From: Patescibacteria group bacterium
Lineage (GTDB): Bacteria; Patescibacteriota; Patescibacteriia; SG8-24
Assembly (NCBI GenBank): GCA_034716415.1
Contig: JAYEJB010000043.1
Coordinates: 705 to 64,704 of the forward strand
Length of the DNA stretch: 64,000 nucleotides
Direction: 5' to 3'
In this document: one piece after another, positions 44,756 to 55,364 of the stretch
Numbering within the stretch: the first letter of the stretch is position 1
How the letters are laid out: every line of letters starts with the position of its first letter
The notes under the pieces: generated by a model
What the model was told of the DNA's origin: nothing
Seen by the model: the letters and a program-made list of their open reading frames with translations, nothing else
Database searches by the model: none
Translations under genes and position numbers: made by a program

Positions 44756-45898
44756 TTAGTCCACCAGAATCCGAGGCAGTGTCGGGTTGATCCTCGTCAC
44801 CACTTCATAGTTGATGGTTCCGATCCTGTCAGCAAGTTCTTCCGCGGTTATCTCCTCCCGGTTCTGTCTACCTAGTATCACCACTTCGTTCTCGACCTTC
44901 ACTCCGCGCATGTCGGTGACATCGACGACGCACATATTCATGCAAATCCGACCAAGCACCTTAGCTCGCTCGCCGTGAATGAGGACGTTGCCCACCGATG
45001 ACATCTTCCTGTCATACCCGTCCCAGTATCCTACCGGCACGACCGCGCCGATAGTGTCCCTGGTCACTCTTTCGGTCAGTCCGTAACTCACCGGGGTCCC
45101 CTTCTTGATCTTCTTGACCTGCGCGACCGAGCTTTTCCAGGTCATCGCCGGCTTGAGTCGAATCTTTTTCCCCGAATCCAGCACAGCGCGCCGCGTGACT
45201 CCGGATGACCATAGGCCGTATAGGGATATTCCGGCACGCACGATATCGAAATGGGTCTCCGGATACATCAGGATGGCCGCACTACAGGCCGTGTGAAGCA
45301 TCTCGGGCGGACGTCCGGCTTCAGTCGCCATCCTGACCGCGTCCCTGAACTTACTCAACTGCTTCATGGCATAGCTCGAATCGTTCGTGTCTTCAATGTT
45401 CGCGTAATGCGTGGACATCCCCTCAAGCTTCAGGTTCGGTTGTTTGGCGATGAAACGTATGAACGAAGACATCTCTTCGGGGCAGACGCCCTGTCTTGAG
45501 GTTCCGGTCTCCACTTTGACATGAATCTTGGCCGGATTACGTTTCGAAGCCGCGTGCGACAGGCCAGACACGGTCTCCCTGTCGTAGACCACTTGACTGA
45601 ATCCCTGGCGAACCACCCTCGCGAGAGCCTTCGACGGCGTAAAACCCATGATCAATACCGGCTTCTTGTTCGAGACAGCTGACCGTACGGCTTCGGCTTC
45701 CGGCAGTGAATCCACACCGAACCAGTCCGCAACACTTCCGACCGAGCGAACCGTCTCCTTGATTCCATGTCCGTAGGCGTTCGATTTGACCACGGCCATG
45801 AAACGCGTACCGGAACCGATGCAACGCTTCAACTCACCGGCGTTATGCCGGAGCGCGGATTTTGATACTTCGACCCAAGTGCGGGTTGATGGGTTCAT
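44756..45898 (-). CDS. alr: alanine racemase
   Basis: PLP-site AVVKSNAYGHG. ~380 aa. Confidence 0.85.
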   Translation of the reverse strand: MNPSTRTWVEVSKSALRHNAGELKRCIGSGTRFMAVVKSNAYGHGIKETVRSVGSVADWFGVDSLPEAEAVRSAVSNKKPVLIMGFTPSKALARVVRQGFSQVVYDRETVSGLSHAASKRNPAKIHVKVETGTSRQGVCPEEMSSFIRFIAKQPNLKLEGMSTHYANIEDTNDSSYAMKQLSKFRDAVRMATEAGRPPEMLHTACSAAILMYPETHFDIVRAGISLYGLWSSGVTRRAVLDSGKKIRLKPAMTWKSSVAQVKKIKKGTPVSYGLTERVTRDTIGAVVPVGYWDGYDRKMSSVGNVLIHGERAKVLGRICMNMCVVDVTDMRGVKVENEVVILGRQNREEITAEELADRIGTINYEVVTRINPTLPRILVD

Positions 45899-45907
45899 AT
45901 TTTTCTT

Positions 45908-46203
45908 TCTGTGGCGGGGCAGGGGCCCCTCCTGCGTAGTTGACCGGTCTTAGGGAGCTTCGCTTCGCTCTGGTGAAATCCGTGCAAGTGAGGTGTGGTT
46001 TCTGTGGCGGGGCAGGGGCCCCTCCATCCAGACTGACCGCTCCTAGGGAGCTTCGCTTCGCTCTGGTGTTGTGGCGGACCAGGGGGTCCTCCGCTGATAC
46101 TGACCGCTCCTAGGGTGGTTCGCATTGCTCTGGTGTTGTGGCGGACCAGGGGGTCCTCCGCTGATACTGACCGCTCCTAGGGTGGTTCGCATTCGCTCTG
46201 GGA
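45908..46203. repeat. tandem direct repeats, 4 x ~68 bp: units 45908-45975, 46001-46068, 46069-46135, 46136-46203
   Basis: Units (t)tgtggcgg[ggcaggggcccctcc|accagggggtcctcc]...ctgaccg(g/c)tc(t/c)tagggagcttcgcttcgctctggtg. Each carries a short palindrome, aggggcccct or ggaccagggggtcc. Confidence 0.7.
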
Positions 46204-46249
46204 ACTTCGTGCCAAGAGTGACGTGCTTTCTATGGTTCCCGGGTACATT

Positions 46250-46363
46250 CCTGTGTACAAGTCATACGACTTGCACACAGGAAGAACCCGGCAACTACTG
46301 CTCGGCTGACCGGCTTGCACACAGGAAGAACCCGGCAACTGGTGTTCGGCTGACCGACTTGCG
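46250..46363. repeat. perfect 14-bp-stem hairpin (cctgtgtacaagtc atac gacttgcacacagg) followed by 2 x ~44-bp direct repeats (cttgcacacaggaagaacccggcaact..tg.tcggctgaccg)
   Basis: Read directly from the sequence. Confidence 0.65.
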
Positions 46364-46369
46364 TAATGG

Positions 46370-47686
46370 CTAGCGTTTCTCTATTACCTTCTTGCCATTC
46401 ATGAACGGCACAAGGACTTCCGGAATCGCGATGCTTCCGTCTTCTTTCTGATAGTTCTCCATGATGGCCACGAGCGCCCTACCGATCGCAATGGCGGTGG
46501 CGTCGTTCATGTGTGCGTGCTGTGTCTCACCGTCATTCCTGCGCACGCGCGTCCCGAGACGCCTAGCCTGATAATCCGTCATCAGATCGGCGGTGTGCGT
46601 CTCACGATACGCGTCCTGTCCGGGCATCCAGCATTCCATATCGATCTGTCTGGCATCCGGATCACCCATGTCTCCCGTGCAGATGGCGACTACTTGGTAC
46701 GGCAATTTGAGCGCCTGAAGCACGTGTTCCTGGATCGCAATGAAGAAGTCCTGCTCACCACAGGATTTCTCCGGCAGGGTGAACGATTCTATCTCGAGCT
46801 TGTCGAACTGGTGCAGGCGGATGATGCCGCGGATGTCCTTGCCGTACGATCCGGCCTCGCGCCTGAACGCCGGCGTGAACGCCGCATAGCGGAGAGGTAA
46901 ATCGTTCTCACGCAGTATCTCGTCCATGTGCATCGGTCCGAGCGTGTGTTCCGCACTGCCGATGAGATACAGGTCGTCGGACGCAATGTGATAGCGCTCC
47001 TCCTTGGGTTCCAACCTGGCCATACGCGCGAACACCTCCGGTCGGATCATCAACGGCGGCACGACCGGAATGAACGGTGTGTCCGGCACGTCGAGCTTGG
47101 CTTTCTTGATGATCTTACCCAGCGTCTTGCTGTCCGTAAGGACCGACATGACGAACTGCATCAGCGCGAACTGCATCAGGGCCAACCCCCCTTTCAGATA
47201 GACGAACCGGCTGCCGGTCACCTCTGCGGCGGACTTGGAGTCGATCACACCCAGCGCCTCACCCAACTCCACATGGTCTTTCGGATCGAACTTGAATTTC
47301 GCGGGCTTACCCACCTGACGAATCACCTTATTGCCCGATTCGTCCGGCCCGACCGGAACATCATCGAACGGTACGTTCGGCACGGCAAGAAGCAACTGTT
47401 CGTATCGGTCGACGGTCTCCTCCAGATCCTGCCCGGCGATCTTGAGACCTTCCTTGAGCTCACGCATCTCCGCTATCGCCTCTTTCTTTTCCTTGTCATC
47501 CTTCAACGATGCGATCTTTTCGCCGGCGATGTTCTGCGCGGCGCGCTTGGTCTCGACAGTGGCGATGAGCTCGCGCCTTTTCTCGTCGAGCTCAAGCAGA
47601 CGATCGATGTCGACCTCTACGCCTCGATTTTTCGCCCCCTCCTCGACCTTGTCGGGATTCTCTCTGATGAACTTGATATCTAACAT
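46370..47686 (-). CDS. serS: seryl-tRNA synthetase
   Basis: N-terminal coiled-coil arm and the class II core (motif 2 FRREAGSYGKDIRGIIRLHQF, motif 3 region). ATG at 47686 chosen. Confidence 0.9.
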   Translation of the reverse strand: MLDIKFIRENPDKVEEGAKNRGVEVDIDRLLELDEKRRELIATVETKRAAQNIAGEKIASLKDDKEKKEAIAEMRELKEGLKIAGQDLEETVDRYEQLLLAVPNVPFDDVPVGPDESGNKVIRQVGKPAKFKFDPKDHVELGEALGVIDSKSAAEVTGSRFVYLKGGLALMQFALMQFVMSVLTDSKTLGKIIKKAKLDVPDTPFIPVVPPLMIRPEVFARMARLEPKEERYHIASDDLYLIGSAEHTLGPMHMDEILRENDLPLRYAAFTPAFRREAGSYGKDIRGIIRLHQFDKLEIESFTLPEKSCGEQDFFIAIQEHVLQALKLPYQVVAICTGDMGDPDARQIDMECWMPGQDAYRETHTADLMTDYQARRLGTRVRRNDGETQHAHMNDATAIAIGRALVAIMENYQKEDGSIAIPEVLVPFMNGKKVIEKR

Positions 47687-47938
47687 ATGTACGTGTTGTT
47701 TCACTTGAATAATAATGCCATTTTCGGCCTAATGCCGCAATCTGAGTAGTCGAGAAGCTCAAAAGCCTAAAAGGACATTATTTAAATACCTCCCGCTAAG
47801 GAGGCTGATTCTGTTCGAATTACGCGCGAACCTAATCAACCCCCGTCACAGGAGGTCGAGGACGACATGACGGTCGTCTGATCCGATTTTCGCATTATCA
47901 TTTCCATGCTTGAACCGTATCGTACCATATCCGCGATG

Positions 47939-48388
47939 TCAAATATCCAAAGCCCGGCATATCGCCGATGTCGAATAACGTTTCCGCTCGAACGCGTCCA
48001 GCTGGATGATCTGCGGGCGTGTCACGAGCCGTCCGATCTGCGCCATTATCTTTGGATGGTCCACATTCTGATCATGTCCGAGGCATATCACGTCTGGCGC
48101 CAACTGCTCGACCATCGTCCATGCCCCGGCAGGATCGCCCGGCACTACCTCATCGACGCACTCGAGTGCCGACAGCATGGACATCCGCTCCTCCAATCGG
48201 TAATACGGTGCTCTCCCCTTCTCCGCCTGCACCCTCTCATCCCGAGTGGCAACGACGATGAGCCGGTCACCACGCTGTCGAGCCGCCTTCAGGAACATGA
48301 GATGTCCGGGATGCAGCAGATCGAAAACCCCGAAAACCACAACGACTTTCGGCCTCGTCTCTCCCGCGCCGCTCTCCAATCCCGACAT
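47939..48388 (-). CDS. cytidylyltransferase-like nucleotidyltransferase (TagD/RfaE-domain-II/FMN-adenylyltransferase-like)
   Basis: VVVFGVFDLLHPGHLMFLKAA (HxGH nucleotidyltransferase motif). 3 nt downstream of lysS. Confidence 0.55.
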   Translation of the reverse strand: MSGLESGAGETRPKVVVVFGVFDLLHPGHLMFLKAARQRGDRLIVVATRDERVQAEKGRAPYYRLEERMSMLSALECVDEVVPGDPAGAWTMVEQLAPDVICLGHDQNVDHPKIMAQIGRLVTRPQIIQLDAFERKRYSTSAICRALDI

Positions 48389-48390
48389 AC

Positions 48391-49890
48391 CTATTCTTCT
48401 GATTCGCTGCCGTGCTCATCAACCGGCCTCATGGTCGGAAACAGGATGACCTCCTTCAGACTGTGCGAGCCGGTCAGTATCGCGGTCAGTCGGTCGATAC
48501 CCATGCCGAATCCCGCCGTCGGCGGAAGCCCCACTTCCAACGCTTCGATATAATCCTCATCCATGCGCTGCGCCTCCACGTTACCCCCCTCACGCAGTTT
48601 TTCCTGTTCCTCGAATCTCTGCCTCTGATCTATCGGATCGTTCAGCTCGGAAAACGCATTGCATAACTCATTACCCTTCGCGAGCACGAGCTGGAACCGT
48701 TCGACGTACCTGTCGTCGCCCCAGATCTTCTTCGCGAGCGGCGACAACTCGATCGGGTGGTCGATGATGAACGTCGGATTGACGATGTTGGGCCGGACGA
48801 ACTTCTTGTAGATGTTGTCCATAATGTCACCGCGACCGTCCGCGTCCTCGACGGAGACATCGTTCTCTTCGGCAGCTTTGGCAAGCGTCTCACGATCGGC
48901 GTAAGCCTCGATGTCCGGTCCGCCGTACTGGAGAATCGCGTCACGAAACGCGATCCTGGGATACGGCGGCGTAAAATCGATGGTCTCGCCTTCATATTCG
49001 ACCGTCATCGAGCCGTTCACCTTGTCGGCCAGAAGCGGCAGTAGTCTCTCAGTCAACTGCATCAGGTCATTGTAGTCCGTGTATGCCTGATAGAACTCCA
49101 CTTGCGTGAATTCCGGATTATGCATGTGGTCGATACCTTCGTTGCGGAAACAGCGCGCGATCTCGAACACCTTATCGAACCCTCCGACAACCAGACGCTT
49201 CAGATACAACTCCGGCGCGATGCGCAGATAGAGGTCGATATCGAGCGTGTTGTGGTGCGTAATGAACGGGCGCGCGGTTGCGCCGCCGGCCAAGGGCTGT
49301 AGAATCGGCGTCTCGACCTCCATGAAACCCTCACCATGAAAAAAGTCGCGAATCGTCTGCACGACCAGGCTGCGTTTCCGAAAATTCAGCCGCACCTCCT
49401 GATTGGCGATCAGGTCCAGGTAACGCTTCCGGTAACGCACTTCGGTGTCAGCCAAGCCGTGCCATTTGGCCGGCAAGGGCCGCAGTGCCTTGGTCAGTAG
49501 TTTGATCTCCGAAGCTTCGACGCTCCGTTCACCGCGCTTCGTCACGAACAGCGTGCCGGTCACCTGCAGGAAATCACCATGATCGATGTTCTTCTCGAAC
49601 ATTTCGTATTCGGAGGCCCCGAGCTTGTCGCTCTTCAGATGTGTCTGGATCTTACCCGTACCGTCCTCCACATCCGCGAAGCTCGCTCCGCCGTGGCCCC
49701 TGACGGCCGTGACTCTACCAGCCAACGTCACTGTCCCACCGGACTTCTCGAGTTTCTCGAAATCCGAAAGCACCTCCTCGACCGTATGCGACCGAGAAGT
49801 CTGGGACGGATAGGGATTCAGCCCCTCCGCGATTATGTTGCGTAATTTTTCGAGTCGGACCGCCGACTCTTCGAGTGGTGCGTCTGCCAT
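48391..49890 (-). CDS. lysS: lysyl-tRNA synthetase (class II)
   Basis: N-terminal OB anticodon-binding region, then class II motifs ([10 protein letters not shown], ...[21 protein letters not shown]). Start moved to MADAPLEE. Confidence 0.85.
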   Translation of the reverse strand: MADAPLEESAVRLEKLRNIIAEGLNPYPSQTSRSHTVEEVLSDFEKLEKSGGTVTLAGRVTAVRGHGGASFADVEDGTGKIQTHLKSDKLGASEYEMFEKNIDHGDFLQVTGTLFVTKRGERSVEASEIKLLTKALRPLPAKWHGLADTEVRYRKRYLDLIANQEVRLNFRKRSLVVQTIRDFFHGEGFMEVETPILQPLAGGATARPFITHHNTLDIDLYLRIAPELYLKRLVVGGFDKVFEIARCFRNEGIDHMHNPEFTQVEFYQAYTDYNDLMQLTERLLPLLADKVNGSMTVEYEGETIDFTPPYPRIAFRDAILQYGGPDIEAYADRETLAKAAEENDVSVEDADGRGDIMDNIYKKFVRPNIVNPTFIIDHPIELSPLAKKIWGDDRYVERFQLVLAKGNELCNAFSELNDPIDQRQRFEEQEKLREGGNVEAQRMDEDYIEALEVGLPPTAGFGMGIDRLTAILTGSHSLKEVILFPTMRPVDEHGSESEE

Positions 49891-49891
49891 A

Positions 49892-50353
49892 TCAGCTGAC
49901 TTCAAGAATCGAATACATGATTTTTCCGGCCGGCACCTCAACTTCGACTTTATCACCGACCTTCTTTCCGATGAGCGCCTGGCCGAGCGGTGAGTCGTTC
50001 GAGATGAGGCCCTGGATCGGATCGGCTTCGGTCGCCCCGACCACGGTCATGACCTTCTCCTTATCCCCGTACTTGACCTTGACGCTCGAACCGATACCCA
50101 CGGTATCACCGTTCGTCTTTTCGACGATCTGCGCGTGGCCGATCTCACTCTCAAGCTGGATGACGCGACCCATCACCCAACCCATCTGGTCCTTGGCGTC
50201 GTGGTATTCCGCGTTCTCCTTGAGATCCCCAAGCTCCTTGGCTTCCTCTATCCTTTTCGCTACTTCCGGTTTCTTGACGGTCTTGAGGTGCACTAATTCC
50301 TCCTTGAGTTTCTTCAGGCCCTCTTTCGATACGTATACTGGTTTGTCCGACAT
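49892..50353 (-). CDS. greA: transcription elongation factor GreA
   Basis: [13 protein letters not shown] (coiled-coil finger) and the C-terminal FKBP-like domain. Confidence 0.85.
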   Translation of the reverse strand: MSDKPVYVSKEGLKKLKEELVHLKTVKKPEVAKRIEEAKELGDLKENAEYHDAKDQMGWVMGRVIQLESEIGHAQIVEKTNGDTVGIGSSVKVKYGDKEKVMTVVGATEADPIQGLISNDSPLGQALIGKKVGDKVEVEVPAGKIMYSILEVS

Positions 50354-50390
50354 AATAAAAAATCGGTCAGATAACTACTGATCACTATTG

Positions 50391-50419
50391 AGGATACGAC
50401 CCGTCCAGAAGGGTGTCAA
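50391..50419 (-). promoter_or_regulatory. sigma70-like promoter for greA (minus strand TTGACA-N17-TATCCT) with an AGCTTTTAGCT motif immediately upstream
   Basis: Minus-strand reading agcttttagctccatgcggggttgacacccttctggacgggtcgtatcct. Confidence 0.35.
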
Positions 50420-50604
50420 CCCCGCATGGAGCTAAAAGCTAGAGAGTGAAAAAGCGAAAATTGAATCTCGATAACGGAACAGCGTGATAGCGGGACGCTG
50501 GAAGCGGGGGGTTATAAATAATAACTTCCCGCCTCCTGCTTCGTGCCTCCCGCCCTTCACACTTTCTGACTTTCCGACCCCAACCTGCTTTCCCCACTTC
50601 TGTC

Positions 50605-52578
50605 TTATTCCCGTTCCCCAAAATACCAAGCCATGATATCGCGAGCGACCGGTGCGGCCGCGACCGAACCCTCGCCACCTTCTTCGATCACTACGGTCAC
50701 GACGATCTCCGGATTCTCATAGGGTGCGAATGACGTGAACCAGGCATGAGGTTCTTTGGCACTGCTCCACTGCGCCGTTCCGGTCTTTCCGGCGACGCTG
50801 ACCGGCAGGAGCGAAAGCGACCTGGAACTGCCGTAAAGGACGGAATGGCGCATACCCTTGGTGACAGCGGCGATATGTTCGGCCGGCACGACCTGAGTGT
50901 TGACAATCTCTACACCCCTGACTTCGCGGATGCCGTCCCGGGAGGTCACGGCCGATACGACCCTCGGCCGAACCAGCTCACCTCCATTCGCGAAAACCGA
51001 TGTCATCGATGATATCTGCAACGGCGTGACCAAGATGTCACCCTGACCGATGGCTAGGTGATACGTATCGCCGACATACCACCGCTCTCCCTTAACCTCT
51101 TCCTTCCACTCCTTGGACGGCAGGAAACCGCCACCCTCGCCCGGCAGGTCGATACCTGTCCTGTTACCGAGTCCGAACTCGCGCGCGTATTCCGTTATCC
51201 TCGCGACACCCAATCCTTCCCTATCCTCGAATCCGCCGCCTATTATATAGAAATACGTGTTGACCGATTCCGATATCGCCTTAGCGAGATCCGTCAGTCC
51301 GTGTCCGCCGAACTTCCAATCGGGAAAGAACCACCTGCTGACCGCGATTCCACCGGACGACATGAATGTCGTCGTCGGCGTTACGACACCTTCCGCGAGC
51401 GCCGCCGCGCCGACGACCAGCTTGAACGTCGAACCTGAAGGTAGGGATGCGCCTAGGGCGCGCGGAAAGAGAGGGTCGTTCTCGTTCTCGGTCAGAAGCG
51501 CGAAGTCTTCCGTGGAAATACCCCGGGCGAAAAGGTTGTTGTCGAACGCCGGCTCGCTGATCATGGCCAGTATCTCTCCGGTGTCGGGCTTCATGACTAT
51601 TACGCTGCCACGCGCCTTGCCATACCTGCGCAGCGCGGCGACCAGAATATCTTCTGCCTTCGATTGGATCTCGAGATCGACCGTCAGCTCCAGACTTTTG
51701 CCCGGTGTGCCATCTTCTTCCGCTATGATGTTCTTCTTCCGACCCAAAACATCTACTTCCACCCTCCGCCGACCATACAGCCCGCGTAGCTCGCTCTCGT
51801 AGCTGCGCTCGAGTCCTGTCCGGCCGATCCGGTCGGTGGGCAAATAGTCTATGTCAGCGCTCTCAAGATCCTCCACCGTCACGCTCCCGTCGAAACCGAT
51901 GACATGTGACAGCGACAAGGTACGCTCACCGAACGGATATTCCCGCCTTGTCTCTTTAACGAGCTGTACGCCGGGCCATGTGGCGGACATCACATCGATG
52001 AGCACTGCCTGCTCATGACCAATATCCTCCGCGACATGCACTCCAAGCGACGACCTGGAATCGAATCCGGACAGTTCGTCCTCGATGTCCCTCGGGTTGA
52101 TCTCCAATATCTCCGAAAGCCGGCCGAATATCTCTCTGCGCCCGGATTCGTCCGGTGGCAGGTCTGACTGCACGATGGCCGCGGAAAAGACGGGTACATT
52201 ACCCACGAGCTGGACCCCGTTCCTGTCATAGATGATCCCCCTCTCCGACGGTACCCACTCGATACGGCTCCTGTTCCCTTCAGCCAGCCCCGCGTAGTGA
52301 TCACCGCGTACGATCTGTACATGGACTGCGCGTGCGACAACCACCAATAGCGATAATACGATGACGACGAATGCCACCCGCACCAACCGCATATTGACGG
52401 TGGTCCCGATATATCTCCGTCTTCCGTCACCTTCCGTATCATTACCCGCTGAATCCTGGAACGTATCATCGACAAAACCAGGCGTACGGCCGCGGCTGAC
52501 ACCGCCCATATCGCCGCCCACTTCACCGAGAGGGAAACAGGCCGACGTGTCGGTTATGTTGTTCCGGTCATCGGACAT
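50605..52578 (-). CDS. mrdA: penicillin-binding protein 2 (peptidoglycan D,D-transpeptidase)
   Basis: N-terminal TM. Transpeptidase SxxK (STFK), SxN-like and KTG (GKTGTAQ) motifs. Downstream of mreBCD. Confidence 0.85.
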   Translation of the reverse strand: MSDDRNNITDTSACFPLGEVGGDMGGVSRGRTPGFVDDTFQDSAGNDTEGDGRRRYIGTTVNMRLVRVAFVVIVLSLLVVVARAVHVQIVRGDHYAGLAEGNRSRIEWVPSERGIIYDRNGVQLVGNVPVFSAAIVQSDLPPDESGRREIFGRLSEILEINPRDIEDELSGFDSRSSLGVHVAEDIGHEQAVLIDVMSATWPGVQLVKETRREYPFGERTLSLSHVIGFDGSVTVEDLESADIDYLPTDRIGRTGLERSYESELRGLYGRRRVEVDVLGRKKNIIAEEDGTPGKSLELTVDLEIQSKAEDILVAALRRYGKARGSVIVMKPDTGEILAMISEPAFDNNLFARGISTEDFALLTENENDPLFPRALGASLPSGSTFKLVVGAAALAEGVVTPTTTFMSSGGIAVSRWFFPDWKFGGHGLTDLAKAISESVNTYFYIIGGGFEDREGLGVARITEYAREFGLGNRTGIDLPGEGGGFLPSKEWKEEVKGERWYVGDTYHLAIGQGDILVTPLQISSMTSVFANGGELVRPRVVSAVTSRDGIREVRGVEIVNTQVVPAEHIAAVTKGMRHSVLYGSSRSLSLLPVSVAGKTGTAQWSSAKEPHAWFTSFAPYENPEIVVTVVIEEGGEGSVAAAPVARDIMAWYFGERE

Positions 52579-52581
52579 ACA

Positions 52582-53106
52582 TCAACGCAGTGCCATGGGA
52601 TCGGACAGTCGTTTCCTGAAGCGCCCCGACATTAACCGGATGACGGCGCAGATCAGCAGCTGAATCGGCAGCGCGATCATGACAGCGATGAAGGCACTCT
52701 TCAGTCCCGGCGGCACCATCGCCTGACCGGCCAATAGCCGACCTGACGCGTTGATCAGAAAGACGACGGTGTGGAATATCAGGAACGCGCCGGCGTTGGC
52801 TCCCAAATACGAAAAGAAAGACAGATGCGTGAGCACGGTCGAGAGCGACAGCACCACGACGGCCGAGACGACGATCATGGCCAGGATGTACGTTCCGAAT
52901 GCCACGGGTGAAAGAGTGTCCATGACCGCACCCGCCAGCACCGCGGCGACCACAGCCGGTGTCGCCCGCAACCCGACGGCCAACGAGACGATCAGCACCA
53001 AAGGCAGATTGATCAATGACACCGGATGACCGAACGCCGTAAAAAAAGACGCGTGCAGGACGGCCAGTACGAGCACCGAGGCGAACTGGAATACTTTGCT
53101 CTTCAT
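52582..53106 (-). CDS. mreD: rod shape-determining protein MreD-like membrane protein
   Basis: 174 aa, 5-6 TM. Position between mreC and pbp2. Confidence 0.5.
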   Translation of the reverse strand: MKSKVFQFASVLVLAVLHASFFTAFGHPVSLINLPLVLIVSLAVGLRATPAVVAAVLAGAVMDTLSPVAFGTYILAMIVVSAVVVLSLSTVLTHLSFFSYLGANAGAFLIFHTVVFLINASGRLLAGQAMVPPGLKSAFIAVMIALPIQLLICAVIRLMSGRFRKRLSDPMALR

Positions 53107-53912
53107 AGGCCGTCCTCCGCGATCACTACCTGCACGAACACGGGATGCTCCGAGAACGCGAACGGCGTCACAGTGGCAGACTGGAACGGGTCCTGCGTAT
53201 CAATATTAATCTTGTCTATGATCCCGACAGCAAGCCCGCGCCGCACGCCCGGTTCGATCCCTGACGTGATGACCGCGTCACCGACCGCAAGATTCTCGTG
53301 TTGCGGAATGAGGAAGATGGACATGCTGAGTCCACGATCTCCTTCGAGCACCCCCAAAGTACCGGTGCCGTTCTGGATGGACACCGCGAGTCTGCTCTGT
53401 GAATCCGTCAGCAACGATACGGTGGCCCTCTCCCGTCCTACCGAACTGATCTTACCTATCATGATTCCGTCACCGGCGATCACGGGATGCCCCTTCGCTA
53501 TACCGTCGTCCCGACCGCGATCTATCACCAGCCCCCTGAAAGTCTCGTCAGAAGATTCGGACACGACCCTCGAGAGGACCGCGCGGTCATCGCCCCGCTC
53601 CCGGAACGACAAGGCCGCCTTAAGTTCTTCGTTCTCCAGCACCACCGAACGGAGTTTGGCGTTCTCCGCCATGATACGATCGAGTTCGGTGACGACATCA
53701 GCCGCGCAGGCGCAGTTGTCCGCCGCCTCGCCGGTCAGCGCATCATCAAGAGCTACGCCGGCACCATACGCCGGAGCCGCTACCTTCATCAGCGCGGAGC
53801 TCACGACACCCGAGACAACCGGGACCACCCCCACCAGGTGCAACACGACCAAAACGGCGGCCACAACAGCCACTGCAACCATCTTGTCGCTTCGATTACG
53901 GAATCGAGACAT
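53103..53912 (-). CDS. mreC: rod shape-determining protein MreC
   Basis: TM, coiled-coil (ENAKLRSVVLENEELKAAL), then beta domains (GDAVITSG, PRGLAVG-like). Confidence 0.7.
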   Translation of the reverse strand: MSRFRNRSDKMVAVAVVAAVLVVLHLVGVVPVVSGVVSSALMKVAAPAYGAGVALDDALTGEAADNCACAADVVTELDRIMAENAKLRSVVLENEELKAALSFRERGDDRAVLSRVVSESSDETFRGLVIDRGRDDGIAKGHPVIAGDGIMIGKISSVGRERATVSLLTDSQSRLAVSIQNGTGTLGVLEGDRGLSMSIFLIPQHENLAVGDAVITSGIEPGVRRGLAVGIIDKINIDTQDPFQSATVTPFAFSEHPVFVQVVIAEDGL

Positions 53913-53924
53913 GTTTTTGGGAGA

Positions 53925-54170
53925 CTAGGAATCTGAATCCTAAGAGCTAAACGGCTTAAAAGCCTAAAAGCTTTTTTAGAATGAACCCATAACGAGTTTC
54001 ATGCCCTTCGATGCGTAGCTGTAGGCTTTATGCCCGCCCGTCTCTCGCCAAGTTCTGGGCAGGGACAAGCCCTGCAACTACGGCAAACCGACGAAAAACG
54101 CGCCATGATTTCAATTTAATAACTTTTCAGCTTTTTAGCTGTTAAGCTTTTGGACTTTTAAGCTCTTTAT
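53925..54170. repeat. family-2 AT-rich palindromic repeat arms flanking the mreC-mreB spacer (gagctaaacggcttaaaagcctaaaagc ... cagctttttagctgttaagcttttggacttttaagctc)
   Basis: The right arm 54128..54165 is ~90% identical to 4446..4467. The left arm is a partial inverted copy. Confidence 0.5.
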
Positions 54171-54172
54171 CT

Positions 54173-55240
54173 TCAATACGCGGCAATCATGTCCTTTTGT
54201 GTCTCCTGTGAAGACGGCAAGGCGACGGTCTGCAGAAGATCGGGATTGTCGAGCAGGATGCCCGTGCCGCGCACCACGCAGGTCAGCGGATCGTCCGTAA
54301 TACGGACCGGGATAGCCGCAGCTCTGGAAATGACGGTATCCATTCCTTTCAATAAGGCGCCCCCACCCGAAAGAACGATGCCCCGTTCATAGATGTCGGC
54401 GACCAATTCGGGCGGCGTCATCTCAAGCGCGGCTTTGATGCTTTCCGAGATAGACTTCACTGACCGCGACAGGGACTGACGGATCTGCGCGTCGCTGACC
54501 ATTATCTCCTTCGGCAATCCGGTGATCATGTCTCGTCCGCGCATTTCAATCTCCAACGGCTCATCGAGCTCCATCGCCGAGCCGGTCCTCATCTTGATGT
54601 TTTCGGCCACACGCTCTCCGAGCAGGAGGTTGAAATTTTCGCGGGCGAAATTGACGATGCTCTTGTTCATCTCGTCGCCGGCTATACGCAACGACCTCCA
54701 GGTCACGACCCCACCGAGCGAGATGACGGCGATCTCCGTGGTCCCGCCGCCGATATCCACCACCATGTTGCCGAGCGGTTCGGTGATCGGCAACCTCGCT
54801 CCGATAGCGGCCGCCATCGGCTCCTCTACCAGGAAGACCTCACGCGCACCGGCGTTCAAGGCGGCGTCCTCGACCGCCTTCCTTTCCACCTCAGTCAGAT
54901 CAAGCGGCACACCGACCACGACCCTCGGTCGCGGCATCAGCGAGAAGCCGTCCTTAAGGATCCGCTCGATGAAATACTTGAGCATCTTTTCCGTGACCTC
55001 GAAGTCCGAGATGATCCCCGAAACGAGTGGTCGCACCGTCACGATATGCGACGGCGTCTTGCCGACCATGTCCTTGGCGGACTGACCGACAGCGACGATC
55101 TGACCTGTCCGCGTATTCAAAGCCACCACCGATGGTTCGTTGATGGCGATTCCCTTGTCCTTACAATAAATCAGAGTATTGGCTGTACCGAGATCGATAC
55201 CGAGATCTTTGGAGAATTTTCCGAATATGCTACTGAACAT
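54173..55240 (-). CDS. mreB: rod shape-determining protein MreB
   Basis: Actin-fold phosphate-1 motif GIDLGTANTLIY and the motifs further downstream. Confidence 0.9.
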   Translation of the reverse strand: MFSSIFGKFSKDLGIDLGTANTLIYCKDKGIAINEPSVVALNTRTGQIVAVGQSAKDMVGKTPSHIVTVRPLVSGIISDFEVTEKMLKYFIERILKDGFSLMPRPRVVVGVPLDLTEVERKAVEDAALNAGAREVFLVEEPMAAAIGARLPITEPLGNMVVDIGGGTTEIAVISLGGVVTWRSLRIAGDEMNKSIVNFARENFNLLLGERVAENIKMRTGSAMELDEPLEIEMRGRDMITGLPKEIMVSDAQIRQSLSRSVKSISESIKAALEMTPPELVADIYERGIVLSGGGALLKGMDTVISRAAAIPVRITDDPLTCVVRGTGILLDNPDLLQTVALPSSQETQKDMIAAY

Positions 55241-55364
55241 CTTTTTTGTTCATCAATAAAACTGACCCTTGAATCGCGGTCAGTATAGAAAGATAATGCT
55301 TAAATGTAAAGGTGTTCAAGGTGTAGTTTGAGAGTCGAGGAGTCGGAGTGTGTCCCTTAGACCC

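Noticed and set aside
45908-46363. Possible CRISPR array (regularly spaced repeats with small hairpins)
   Set aside because: Units are directly abutting tandem repeats of two subtypes with no unique spacers between them (one 25-bp gap only). The ~68 bp unit length is atypical, and no cas genes are nearby. The Cas4-like domain at 56087..59050 is part of a UvrD-type helicase, not a cas operon.
47700-47938. T-box leader upstream of serS
   Set aside because: No AAnnnGGGTGGnACCGCG T-box sequence and no specifier-loop architecture were found on the serS strand. Only the family-2 AT-rich motif and a small hairpin are present.
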